From: a virus
Strand: one strand, 5' to 3'
IMG/VR virus record: IMGVR_UViG_3300023202_000205
Location: 64,001-128,000 of that record
Length of the DNA: 64,000 nt
Shown here: one piece after another, positions 8,858-17,957 of the stretch
Layout: each line of letters begins with the position of its first letter
How positions within the stretch are numbered: the first letter of the stretch is position 1
Program-made: the position numbers and the translations under genes
Notes under the pieces: generated by a model
Seen by the model: only the letters and a program-made list of their open reading frames with translations
What the model was told of the DNA's origin: nothing
The model's database searches: none

Positions 8858-10747
8858 TCACATACCACCTTGGAGTAGCATCTGGCCGCCCTGGCTACGG
8901 GCTGACGATCGGATGTCCTCCATCCGCTGCATAACCAAGTCATGAAGGTCCTTATTACCCTCCCGAAGCGCCTTGAGCTCCTGCTTACGACTGAAATCGT
9001 CCATCGTCACAAGCTGCTGGGCAATCTGGTCAGCCTGGTCGGAGATAGCCGACAAAGACTGCGGAGTCTGGCTCTGCGGACCAGGCATACCCCCCATAGG
9101 AGCCCCACCCATACCTGCAGCCGCCGCTCCACCGGCAGCCATGGGATCCATCGGAGCCCCACCTCCAGCCCCGGCCATCATCTGTTGCTGCTGCATAGCT
9201 GACGGAGTTGGGTGCTGAGTCATCCCCTTGAGGACGCCCATCTCCTGCTGCTTCATAGCACGCTCGTCGTATTCCGATTGAATACGGGCCACATAGTCCT
9301 GATGGGACATGACCTTTTTGACCTCTTCGTGAGCGTCGATGCCGAACGGCTGCAGAGCGGTCTGAGGCGACAACTGGTTGGCCGACATGAGCTGCAAGAG
9401 CACTGCCTTACGTTCCATATCATCGGCAATAGTGGTCTTCTGCATCTGAACCTTGGTCCGGTCCAGGCCATACGCCCGCGACACCACATTGACGATCCAC
9501 TCGAGAACCCTGTTATAGAAGGCAGGAATAGCCTGCCAGTAAGCCTCAAACAGACGGAGCGACATAGGAGCTGCCTGGGTAGATAGGTTCATCTGATGGT
9601 ACTCAAGCGGGACACCCAGCTGGTTCAGGTATTCCTGGTGACGGAACTTCAGTTTTTCAGGTGGCAACAGTTTATCGCCTTCCCCTCCCAGGAACTGATA
9701 TTGCAGCGGGTAAGGACTCACGTGGTAGCTCGCCGGATTGTTCCGATGCTCATTCACGATGTTACGAACACGGCCGGAGAAGTTCTCCATACCAGTTGTC
9801 ACCATCGGGTCCTGTCCACCAGGGGTAGGTGTGGGACTTATGATCCTCATACCCAAGGTATAATCGATCGTAATCGCCTGATCCTGTTTGTTAGTTAGCT
9901 GCTGTAGCCACGCAGTACGGAAATTGGCGATGCTGCGAGGAATACCCCACCCTCGCGTACGCAGGCCTGAAATCTGCACCTCTGATTGATGAAGAATCAT
10001 GTCCTCATCGAACCGCAGACGCCCGTTGACGGCGACCGCTTCGAGCACCTCTAGCGGGGTGTCGTCAATGTGAATGCGGGACCTCCCCAGGATGTCCCGC
10101 CGCTCCTCCTCCGGAATCTTCCAGTAGAACTCTTTACGAAGACTAAAGCGATTCTGACTGATCTCGATGTCAGATGGGTCATACCTGTTTAGTTTGACCT
10201 TCGACAAATCGGGGTCCCGGCGATCGAAGACTTCGTAATTCGAACGGTCTCCACAGCGCGGGCATGCCGACTTACGATGCCACCTCAGATAAGGTGCTGC
10301 CGTGTGGAACTCCAGATTATAGCCGACCTCCGAAAGTGGCTGCTCCAGTTGACACCCTTCGCAACGAACAAAACGCTTGAATGGTAAGTAGATACTGACG
10401 AAGGAGTTACCATAACATAGGTAGTCGTAAGCGGGGCCAAGCAGCTCCCGGCGGTAGTCCATATGGTTACTAAACAGATCTTTGAAAGCCGATTCTTCAT
10501 CAGCCTGAAGATCAGGGAACTCCAACACCGTCATGAAATGACAGGCCACTCGCTCCATCGCAGTACGGTAGTTACCGTCTGAGATCCACATGTACTGGGA
10601 CCACCACATCACCAATTCGTGGTTGTCTGGTACCGCCACCGTAGAGTAATCCAGCCACGGAGTCATAAATGGTCGCTGGTTTGGCGACAAAGAGGTGCTA
10701 TTGGTTAGCGCTCGATTATCGGGAGTGGGGATAATTGAGTTAGGCAT
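8858..10747 (-). CDS. Putative portal protein with Zn-ribbon-like insertion
   Basis: 629 aa, portal-like in size and layout: YRTAMERV, DYLCYGNSFVS, RGWGIP, and a low-complexity Gln/Gly/Met C-terminal tail. CEGC...CPRC insertion. Confidence 0.6.
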   Translation of the reverse strand: MPNSIIPTPDNRALTNSTSLSPNQRPFMTPWLDYSTVAVPDNHELVMWWSQYMWISDGNYRTAMERVACHFMTVLEFPDLQADEESAFKDLFSNHMDYRRELLGPAYDYLCYGNSFVSIYLPFKRFVRCEGCQLEQPLSEVGYNLEFHTAAPYLRWHRKSACPRCGDRSNYEVFDRRDPDLSKVKLNRYDPSDIEISQNRFSLRKEFYWKIPEEERRDILGRSRIHIDDTPLEVLEAVAVNGRLRFDEDMILHQSEVQISGLRTRGWGIPRSIANFRTAWLQQLTNKQDQAITIDYTLGMRIISPTPTPGGQDPMVTTGMENFSGRVRNIVNEHRNNPASYHVSPYPLQYQFLGGEGDKLLPPEKLKFRHQEYLNQLGVPLEYHQMNLSTQAAPMSLRLFEAYWQAIPAFYNRVLEWIVNVVSRAYGLDRTKVQMQKTTIADDMERKAVLLQLMSANQLSPQTALQPFGIDAHEEVKKVMSHQDYVARIQSEYDERAMKQQEMGVLKGMTQHPTPSAMQQQQMMAGAGGGAPMDPMAAGGAAAAGMGGAPMGGMPGPQSQTPQSLSAISDQADQIAQQLVTMDDFSRKQELKALREGNKDLHDLVMQRMEDIRSSARSQGGQMLLQGGM

Positions 10748-10756
10748 AGAGTCTCT

Positions 10757-10772
10757 GTGTTCGCGCGAACAC
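10757..10772. promoter_or_regulatory. 16-bp palindrome GTGTTCGCGCGAACAC
   Basis: Perfect palindrome 10 nt upstream of the portal start. Confidence 0.75.
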
Positions 10773-10802
10773 TTTTTCCACTGGGGGAGCTGTCATAAGC
10801 TA

Positions 10803-11705
10803 TCAGTCGACCCGGACGAGAACAACTAACAACATCTCGTGACCATCGACTCGCATCTCAAAGGTAAACCCGTAGTATACACAGGGATACGTATTACCTT
10901 CGTGACTGACCGTCAAGCAGTCAGAGGGCTCCTGCGATATAGGGGGCTCAACAATCACCGCATCGTCGTCATCGACGTATCCCAGGACAACGAGCTGGTC
11001 CGAGATAGCAAGCTTGTTCACTCGTAGCCGGTGGCGGCCCATCCGCTCCGACTCCATGATAATCTTGATACGCTCAGCAGACGGGGACGTGGAACTTGCC
11101 ACCCGCAGCCCATTGAGTGCTGCCATACCAGATCCACCAGTAGTCGCCGCAACCGTTTGTGCCATCTCCGGCCCCGGCATAGCTGGTGTAACGTCTGTAG
11201 GAGGCGCCTTCTCCGGCTCTGGGGCAACCTCCTCGTGAGCGGTCTTGGCTTCCTGTCCCTGGACGTTGACAGGGGTTTCCGCGTCGAGATGAGCCGATGA
11301 ACGGCGAACAGGCTGCACCCCCACCCCGTGCTCTGCGGCAGTCTTCGGCGCTGGGGGGCGAACTGTAATGCCCATCGCCTCGACCCCCATTTCCAAAGAA
11401 GCGTCCTTGTGAAGCACGCCCTGAGGGGCCTGAGCAGCATTCTCCGGGTTGACTATGGAGCTCATAGCACAATTGCGGACACCCTCTTCGCGAGATACCG
11501 TCCCATCATCGTTGACAGTCACTTGGTCCACCCGGATATCGGACAGATCACCCTCCCGCGAGGCTACGGAGGCCCCAGAAGGGAGCCGCAGCTCCGTCTG
11601 ATCTTCTCCGGGGGATACGTGTTCCGCCCGGGCCAGGCCGCTAAGTCGGTTAGGGTGGTCCTTGCAGTAATGAATCCCTGCAAAACCTAGATTGCCTTCA
11701 TCCAT
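10803..11705 (-). CDS. Hypothetical protein
   Basis: 300 aa with a Pro/Ala/Glu linker and a beta-rich C-terminal domain; KDAS, KTAA and KTAH motifs. Confidence 0.6.
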   Translation of the reverse strand: MDEGNLGFAGIHYCKDHPNRLSGLARAEHVSPGEDQTELRLPSGASVASREGDLSDIRVDQVTVNDDGTVSREEGVRNCAMSSIVNPENAAQAPQGVLHKDASLEMGVEAMGITVRPPAPKTAAEHGVGVQPVRRSSAHLDAETPVNVQGQEAKTAHEEVAPEPEKAPPTDVTPAMPGPEMAQTVAATTGGSGMAALNGLRVASSTSPSAERIKIIMESERMGRHRLRVNKLAISDQLVVLGYVDDDDAVIVEPPISQEPSDCLTVSHEGNTYPCVYYGFTFEMRVDGHEMLLVVLVRVD

Positions 11706-11742
11706 TCCGAATGGTACCCTTCCTTCGGATATTTTGCAAGGG

Positions 11743-12540
11743 CTAGGAGATCGTAGACAACGCAGACGCTAACAGGTTGTCCCAGTTGACTTGGGCGTCG
11801 ACTGCATGGACGTCATCAATATCCAAAAACGGTGTAAAATCGGCAGCTTTCTCCATGTCAGGCACCTCTGACGTTAGAATCCAGTTGGCGCGACTCTGAT
11901 AAGGGATGCCCATGTGAAGCGGCGCTGCTTTGAGAATCTCAGCTACCTGCCTTCCTTTACGCTCGAGTGTATCCGCTACTGACCTCATGGATGGTCCGTG
12001 AAACCGATCGATGACGTTGACGTACATATGCCGGCAGCGCTCACACATCGTACCAAGGTAGCCCTCAAGGATCTCATTCCCCCCGTCATAAGCATCGGCA
12101 CACCCGAAGTCCCACTCATCAAAATGATCCTCGTAGAACCGTGCGGCGTCCTCTATAACGATGTTGAGTCTTCCCTCATCCATGTAGTGGACCAGGAGGG
12201 GGTAGTTATCCAACGCCACTTGGACCATTACCGGGTCAATCTCGATAATCGTCAGATCCACCCGAGGAAAGTTGTAAAGCAGCTGCACAGCGCCGGACCC
12301 GCTCCCGAGACCCACCATGGAGGCTGTAGCGCTTGGGTTCATAACGGCACCCAACATCCACCCGAGTGGGTAGATGGAGCTGGATATCGGCCCAGGAGCT
12401 CCGTATGGAAGTGACTCGTGAACGATGGCTGCTGAAGGCCTTAGGTAAGAAGCCCCCTGCTGTTGTCCATTCAGGAGCAGGATCCGTTGCTGGCCATGGT
12501 CTACGACCTCGATAACACCGAAACGTCCTTTACGCTGCAT
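11743..12540 (-). CDS. Spermidine-synthase-like SAM-dependent methyltransferase-fold protein
   Basis: LLLNGQQQG, MVGLGSGSGA (motif I), LTIIEIDPVMVQVA, IVIEDA and DAYD, matching the class I SAM-binding/spermidine synthase pattern. Confidence 0.8.
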   Translation of the reverse strand: MQRKGRFGVIEVVDHGQQRILLLNGQQQGASYLRPSAAIVHESLPYGAPGPISSSIYPLGWMLGAVMNPSATASMVGLGSGSGAVQLLYNFPRVDLTIIEIDPVMVQVALDNYPLLVHYMDEGRLNIVIEDAARFYEDHFDEWDFGCADAYDGGNEILEGYLGTMCERCRHMYVNVIDRFHGPSMRSVADTLERKGRQVAEILKAAPLHMGIPYQSRANWILTSEVPDMEKAADFTPFLDIDDVHAVDAQVNWDNLLASALSTIS

Positions 12541-15538
12541 CGACCGGAGCCCTCACCGCGTCCTCTTGCTCCTTCTTCTTACGCTTGAGATAACGAACAA
12601 GTGCCCTGGCCCGCGCACGATCCAACTGCCGGTAAGGCTTATTAGTCGCAAGCCCCATACTGGCATAGAAGTCCGTCAAAGCCTCCGTCGGGTCTACTGC
12701 CTCAAACCCCTCAGGTACCTGAGGAGTTTCCCCAACACGAAGACCAACACGGTATCCATGGAAACCCTCATCTGGAATACCCGATTCAGGCACAAAAGGT
12801 ATCTCCGACTCATAAGGAGCAGGCTTACCTGGTCCTTCCGTAGGCAGTGCAAAACGCCGCTGCGGCAACCTCCGAACAACCACCTTCCCCTCTGGCGTCA
12901 GAAGTATGTGCTGCTGCAGCGGTTTGAACTGCGCGACATCAGCAGTCTTATGTTGATCCACGCCCCCCGTACTCGCCCGATCCTTTTGGTCGAGCGTAGC
13001 CTGGACAGGTTGTTGCTGGGCAAACTCGATCTGCTCAGTGGCTTCTGGAGTATCGTCGAAGACTTCCGACTGTACGTCCTGAGAAGAATCCCTGCTCCGC
13101 AGGTGCGTATTCCCACCAAGATCAGGGTCAAGCTGCCCGGGAGACGGAATAAGCGCTGCCCTCTTTAGAATAGCCGAATAGTCGAGCCCCGTCTTCGTAG
13201 CAGCACCGGCGTTTGCCGCCAGTTGTTGCTGCTCATTCTCCGTAGGGCCAATCACGCCAGGGGCTGGCTGATTCATAGCTGTACCGGGGGCCTCCGTCTT
13301 TACCGGGAGTGCTGGGTTTTGCGCCCCATTGTCCAGCTCAGCAAGAATCTCTTCCTCATCCTCCGTATCGGGAATGGTCGCGATCTCGTCGTCATCCGCA
13401 GCTCCCGTACCAATCGTCTGGTCAGGGATCTCAGCGGCGGTCACCTGCATACCTGGTTGGGGTTGCTGCAAAGGCTGGGAAGGCATCTGAGGAGGAGCCG
13501 CATGCTGGGCCATGGGAGGTTGGCCGGTAGCCTGCTGACCCTGCTGTCCCTGCATCAACTGCCTGACAAAATTCTGAGCAACGAATTCAGGATCACCTTC
13601 CTCCAATCGCTGCTGAGAAGGGAGGGGCACCTGCTGACCACCTTGAGCAGGTGGTTGCTGGGCTGGCATACCCGCTTGGTCAGCAGGCGGCTGGTCTGCG
13701 CCCTCCGGAGGAGGAGGCGGAGGGGCAAAAGCCGCACTCTGCGCCTGCTTGGCTGCTGCATATTTGTTGTATGCCAACTCAACCCTCTGAAGCACCTCGA
13801 TAGGGGGCTCCATCGCGTGCTCAGTATAGGTGTCCGCCAGCTTGACTGCTCGGGAAAGCTCAGACAGGAGCTCCTCCGAGGCATGTTTGAACTTGCCTGC
13901 ATCCTCAATATCCCCGACCTGCGTATGCTTCTGCTCTACCTTATGAGCTGAAGTAAGACCATCGGCAGTACGAGCACTACCTGGAGCAGTCTTAGGCTTC
14001 TCGGTAGCAACGGCGTGTATATCGGTGTTAATCTGATCCGTCCAGGTCCCTCTCTGACCGCTACTATAGTCCGTTTCATAATCGTCATGACGCACCTGCT
14101 CCCCATAAGCAGAACCAGCTTGTTTAACCGGTTTGAGAGAAGACTTCACTTTGGCTAGCCGCTTAGCGTTGGCTACGAGCTGGCGGCGCTCCTCGTTATT
14201 GCGCTTTGCCCACCCCTGATCCTCTCGGTCGATCAACTCCTTTAAGCGGGAGAGGACCTTATCGAACGGCATCAACTCGAAGTCTTCCTGGTCGTCGTGA
14301 GTGATGCCTGCCTCACCAGCATCTACCCCGAAAAAGAAGTACGTGCGCTCTCCATCGAAATCTGAGTTATCCCAGAACTCGTTGCCACTATCCTTTGGCC
14401 ACACGGCCTCAACTGTACCAGCGTTGTAAACATTGATAGGGTGGCGGTTCGACTCTTCGATCGTCTCACGAATGGCGGCGTCTCGAGGCTGCTCGCCATC
14501 ATCGACACCCCCACCTGGAAACAGGAGATAGTCGCCTTTATCAATTGCGTAAACCCCACCCGTGTTGAATAGAATCATCTCCGACCGAGGCCGTAGCTTG
14601 TTCTCAGGAGCGGAATCGTGGTGATCAACGAGAGGCTCCCGCTCTTCACCAGCTGTTTTCCCCTGCTCAGAACCTCGCCAAAGACGGCACCAGTGCTCCG
14701 GCTGGATCTCGCCCCGTACCTGTGAGCAGATGTACTTGCCACTCACCACTTTCTGAAAGGCGAACTTGCAACTACCGCACTTCTGCTCCCCTCGGGGCTC
14801 CTTTTTGTAGGTTGCCAGCTCTTTGGACATCTTGTAATTAGGCGTTCCCGACCCGAGCAGGTAGTAGAGCAGTGGAGTCTCCCGCTGCTCCTCTTCCGGC
14901 AATTTGTGGAACCGCTCGATAGCCTGCTGTACCCCTGGAGGGGCATCTTTACCTGCTCCTGGGTAGTGGGTCAGGTTACCGTGCTCATCCTCACCTCTAC
15001 GCTCCAAAAGCCTCTGATACATCCCCTTGATGTCTGCAGACTCCGCCGCCAACTTACCATTCTCGATCAATTGGTCCTGCTCAATCTGGCGAAGCGCCAG
15101 CTTGATCTGCGCCTCTTCAATCCACTCACTAATTTTGTGGAAGCCAACAGGCATACCCGAAGAGTAGCGGTCCACCTTTTCAATGTACTTCATGAGATTA
15201 GCGTTACTCGGACGGGCTGGGTTACCACCAGTAGGGGTCGTATAGAAAGGTTCGTTTCTCTTGGGGGAAAGATCCTGCTCGTCTTTCACACCAGCCTCCT
15301 TGGTCACAGCCTCCAGCGCCTCTATAGCTGCTTCTACATCTCGTCGTGTCCGGGCTTTGGTAGCCTCGACTACTTCAGAGATCGCGCTTACAGGTAGGTC
15401 TGCTACCCGCTGAGCAAGCGTTTTGTTCTTTTTGCGAGTAGGGCGCTTGGCATCAGGTACGCGTTTATACGACTTCCGTGAGCCGATGACGTCACGCAGT
15501 CTCTTACCCAAGCTCGAGGTAAACTGTGGCTGATTCAA
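12530..15538 (-). CDS. Multidomain polyprotein-like protein containing a HiPIP-like [4Fe-4S] domain and a Nudix hydrolase domain
   Basis: 1002 aa. CGSC-x13-C-x11-WC (KCGSCKF...ICSQVRGEIQPEHWCRLW) at about 14675-14840. Nudix box GGGVDDGEQPRDAAIRETIEES at about 14449-14516. Pro/Gln-rich linkers. Confidence 0.8.
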   Translation of the reverse strand: MNQPQFTSSLGKRLRDVIGSRKSYKRVPDAKRPTRKKNKTLAQRVADLPVSAISEVVEATKARTRRDVEAAIEALEAVTKEAGVKDEQDLSPKRNEPFYTTPTGGNPARPSNANLMKYIEKVDRYSSGMPVGFHKISEWIEEAQIKLALRQIEQDQLIENGKLAAESADIKGMYQRLLERRGEDEHGNLTHYPGAGKDAPPGVQQAIERFHKLPEEEQRETPLLYYLLGSGTPNYKMSKELATYKKEPRGEQKCGSCKFAFQKVVSGKYICSQVRGEIQPEHWCRLWRGSEQGKTAGEEREPLVDHHDSAPENKLRPRSEMILFNTGGVYAIDKGDYLLFPGGGVDDGEQPRDAAIRETIEESNRHPINVYNAGTVEAVWPKDSGNEFWDNSDFDGERTYFFFGVDAGEAGITHDDQEDFELMPFDKVLSRLKELIDREDQGWAKRNNEERRQLVANAKRLAKVKSSLKPVKQAGSAYGEQVRHDDYETDYSSGQRGTWTDQINTDIHAVATEKPKTAPGSARTADGLTSAHKVEQKHTQVGDIEDAGKFKHASEELLSELSRAVKLADTYTEHAMEPPIEVLQRVELAYNKYAAAKQAQSAAFAPPPPPPEGADQPPADQAGMPAQQPPAQGGQQVPLPSQQRLEEGDPEFVAQNFVRQLMQGQQGQQATGQPPMAQHAAPPQMPSQPLQQPQPGMQVTAAEIPDQTIGTGAADDDEIATIPDTEDEEEILAELDNGAQNPALPVKTEAPGTAMNQPAPGVIGPTENEQQQLAANAGAATKTGLDYSAILKRAALIPSPGQLDPDLGGNTHLRSRDSSQDVQSEVFDDTPEATEQIEFAQQQPVQATLDQKDRASTGGVDQHKTADVAQFKPLQQHILLTPEGKVVVRRLPQRRFALPTEGPGKPAPYESEIPFVPESGIPDEGFHGYRVGLRVGETPQVPEGFEAVDPTEALTDFYASMGLATNKPYRQLDRARARALVRYLKRKKKEQEDAVRAPVDAA

Positions 15539-16998
15539 ACCACGTACCTTTCTTCCGGTTCATCACTCGTAAGCAGATTTTTGAGTAGTGCAGCACCCAG
15601 GCCCACTCCCCCACCGATGAGGGCTCCCTTACCAAAGCGCGGTTTGAACTCCCGCCACATAGACGGGCTACTCCCAGGGAGATAGGCGTCCTGTGCTTCC
15701 TGCATCCGTCGAGCAGCGGTGGAAGGTTCCATTTCGGTCGCCTGGAAGTTACGCCCCAGCTGTCCCAGAAGAGCACGCCTGTCTGGCTCAACCGCCTGGT
15801 AGGACTGGTTACCCTGATAAGCCCCGTAACCACCATACCCTAAGCCACCCGCCCCAGCACCACCTAGGGTGTACAGCAGGATGTCAGCCATACTGCCACG
15901 CTTCTCTTCTGAGGCCGTCTTCTTCATGTCCTCAGGCAGGAAAAGCTCTGCGGGGTTGAGTGCGGAGGCGAACTTGGGGCGGTAGACCTCTTGGTCGTCT
16001 TGCTCAGGACGGCCCTTTTCACGAGCCCGATTGAGCAGCCGGTAAAGTGCATATAACCCGACTCCGCCCAAAGCAGCACCGCCGCCCCACTTGGCTACGT
16101 CTCCCCACGGAACGGAACTTCCAAAGTCTACGCCACCACGGACGTTAATAGGAAGCCCCTTCTCGGAGATGTTTTTAAGAGCTTGAGCTCCTGCCCCCGT
16201 CCCTTCTCGAACGTTCTTGATGGCTCCCTTCGCCTCCGAAGTAACGTCACCAAGGCCCTTGGTGCCCTCCTCCAAATTGCTGAGAACCTTGTTCAGATTC
16301 TCTGCCGTGCGGTCAGCTTCGCTTACACCAAGCGCAAGACCACCCAACCCGACTTTGGACCCAAGACCACCAGTCATAGCCCAGGTAGCACGGTTCGAGG
16401 CTCTCGGTCCGAGAATCGCCTCGATGCGGGAAAGATCGTCCATACTGGAGATCTCGATGGGAGGGCCGCCCTTTTGCGGAAGAGTATATGTCCCCGGTGC
16501 CTCTCCCATGTTCCACACGGGGTCGTCGAACTTCCCCTTGCGAGCGGTACGTAGAGCCTTGCCAGGATCACCACCCATGTACTGGTGACGAAGCCCACGC
16601 GTGCCCGAGAGCGCACCAAGCAGGCCAAGTGTCGCCGCACTCTCTGGGCTCTCTGGATCAAGTGCATAGCCAGTACCGGCACCCGCAGCTCCACCACCGG
16701 CTACCCAAGGTACGTCACGTACCATGCCTCGGAGAGCTGGGCCGACAGCCGCCCGCTTCTTGAGGCTCTTTTTGACCGCCTGCCCATTCTTCACATCCAT
16801 CAAACCGGCTCCCTCGAGTTTCTCGTAATAGTTGGGGTCTTCCTGGAGGTGCTCTTCAGCGATCTGCTCCGCCTCTGCTGAATCAGATGTGTGCTCAAGT
16901 TCCTCTTCGGAACCGAGCTCGCGCTCCTTCTCGATCGGCCATTTTCCCTCTCGAGCGGCCTTAGAAAGGATGCGTTCCACCGTTTCAGCAGGGGTCAT
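15535..16998 (-). CDS. Virion-associated protein with N-terminal DUF5661-like motif and glycine-zipper helices
   Basis: ELEHTSDSAEAEQIAEEHLQEDPNYYEKL resembles the DUF5661 signature (recalled, not searched). Several GGAALGG helices. Confidence 0.6.
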   Translation of the reverse strand: MTPAETVERILSKAAREGKWPIEKERELGSEEELEHTSDSAEAEQIAEEHLQEDPNYYEKLEGAGLMDVKNGQAVKKSLKKRAAVGPALRGMVRDVPWVAGGGAAGAGTGYALDPESPESAATLGLLGALSGTRGLRHQYMGGDPGKALRTARKGKFDDPVWNMGEAPGTYTLPQKGGPPIEISSMDDLSRIEAILGPRASNRATWAMTGGLGSKVGLGGLALGVSEADRTAENLNKVLSNLEEGTKGLGDVTSEAKGAIKNVREGTGAGAQALKNISEKGLPINVRGGVDFGSSVPWGDVAKWGGGAALGGVGLYALYRLLNRAREKGRPEQDDQEVYRPKFASALNPAELFLPEDMKKTASEEKRGSMADILLYTLGGAGAGGLGYGGYGAYQGNQSYQAVEPDRRALLGQLGRNFQATEMEPSTAARRMQEAQDAYLPGSSPSMWREFKPRFGKGALIGGGVGLGAALLKNLLTSDEPEERYVV

Positions 16999-17006
16999 GG
17001 CACACC

Positions 17007-17195
17007 TCAGGAACGAGACTTGAGAAGTCGGTATAGCTGGTCTACAGGGCTTGCGGACCCTTTCTTCTCCCAGGTTTCAGGGACCCGGTTTTCCTTATTA
17101 GCCGTTGAGTAGAACACTTCTTTAGCCTTCTTGTCAGACTTGTACGTGTCCTTCATCGACTCCATGACTTTTTTGGCCTTGCCCTTGAGCGGCAT
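17007..17195 (-). CDS. Small basic phage protein
   Basis: 62 aa, Lys-rich; MKDTYKSDKKAKEVFYSTANK resembles a motif common in small phage ORFs. Confidence 0.6.
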   Translation of the reverse strand: MPLKGKAKKVMESMKDTYKSDKKAKEVFYSTANKENRVPETWEKKGSASPVDQLYRLLKSRS

Positions 17196-17293
17196 AGATC
17201 ACCCCCAGCAGTAGGTACTGTAGTATCCTACGCGAGGACCTGTATAGGGCCACCCTTCTACCTAGGCGGCACCCGTACAGACCCCAGGAGAAA

Positions 17294-17309
17294 GTGTTCG
17301 CGAGAACAC
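17294..17309. promoter_or_regulatory. Palindrome copy GTGTTCGCGAGAACAC
   Basis: One mismatch; at a gene junction. Confidence 0.65.
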
Positions 17310-17896
17310 TATCCGTCGATCAGCTCTTTCCCCTTATCGACCGCGAAAGTCGTAGCGAAGTCGGTCAGCTTATCGATCACCGCCTTGGGCAGGAAGGCCC
17401 GAACGCTTTCAGGTAGTTTACCAATCAGCTTGACCAGCACCCTATCCAGCAGATCGTCCAGCTCATCCTCCCCCAGACGTTCAATCAGGTCGATGTTCTC
17501 CTTGGCGAACTTACGCAACACCCTGTCCTTAACGTAGTTACGCAACTTGGTCCAGTGATGGCTCCACCGGAACCCGCCCCCGTCTGAGACATCCTTGAGG
17601 ATTGGGGGGATATTGGTAATCAGCCAATGTTCGGCAGTCGAGATGGCAAACGGAGTCACGCGAGTGTCGATCAGGTGATTCCGCTGCTCCCAGAGAGACT
17701 TTTCCTTGTCGATCTCAGCCTTCTCGGAGTCGACTTTGACCTTCTTACGGACCATCGTCGCGATCCACGTCACGAGGGCCACCAGAGCGGCTCCAGCCAC
17801 GGCCACCCAGGTCGTGGTCTCAGGCATGCCTGAGTCAGCCTCCTCAGCGACAAGCAGAGCTGGCAGCAACAAGAGAACGAGGGGATGATAACGCAT
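17309..17896 (-). CDS. Membrane protein (signal-like N-terminus plus one TM helix); possible lysis protein
   Basis: MRYHPLVLLLLPALLVA, then WVAVAGAALVALVTWIATMVRKK. Confidence 0.6.
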   Translation of the reverse strand: MRYHPLVLLLLPALLVAEEADSGMPETTTWVAVAGAALVALVTWIATMVRKKVKVDSEKAEIDKEKSLWEQRNHLIDTRVTPFAISTAEHWLITNIPPILKDVSDGGGFRWSHHWTKLRNYVKDRVLRKFAKENIDLIERLGEDELDDLLDRVLVKLIGKLPESVRAFLPKAVIDKLTDFATTFAVDKGKELIDG

Positions 17897-17957
17897 AGAA
17901 GGGTCTCCTTTGTAGGAGTAGAATACCCTTGATAAACCGTATTAGCAAGAGACTAGG

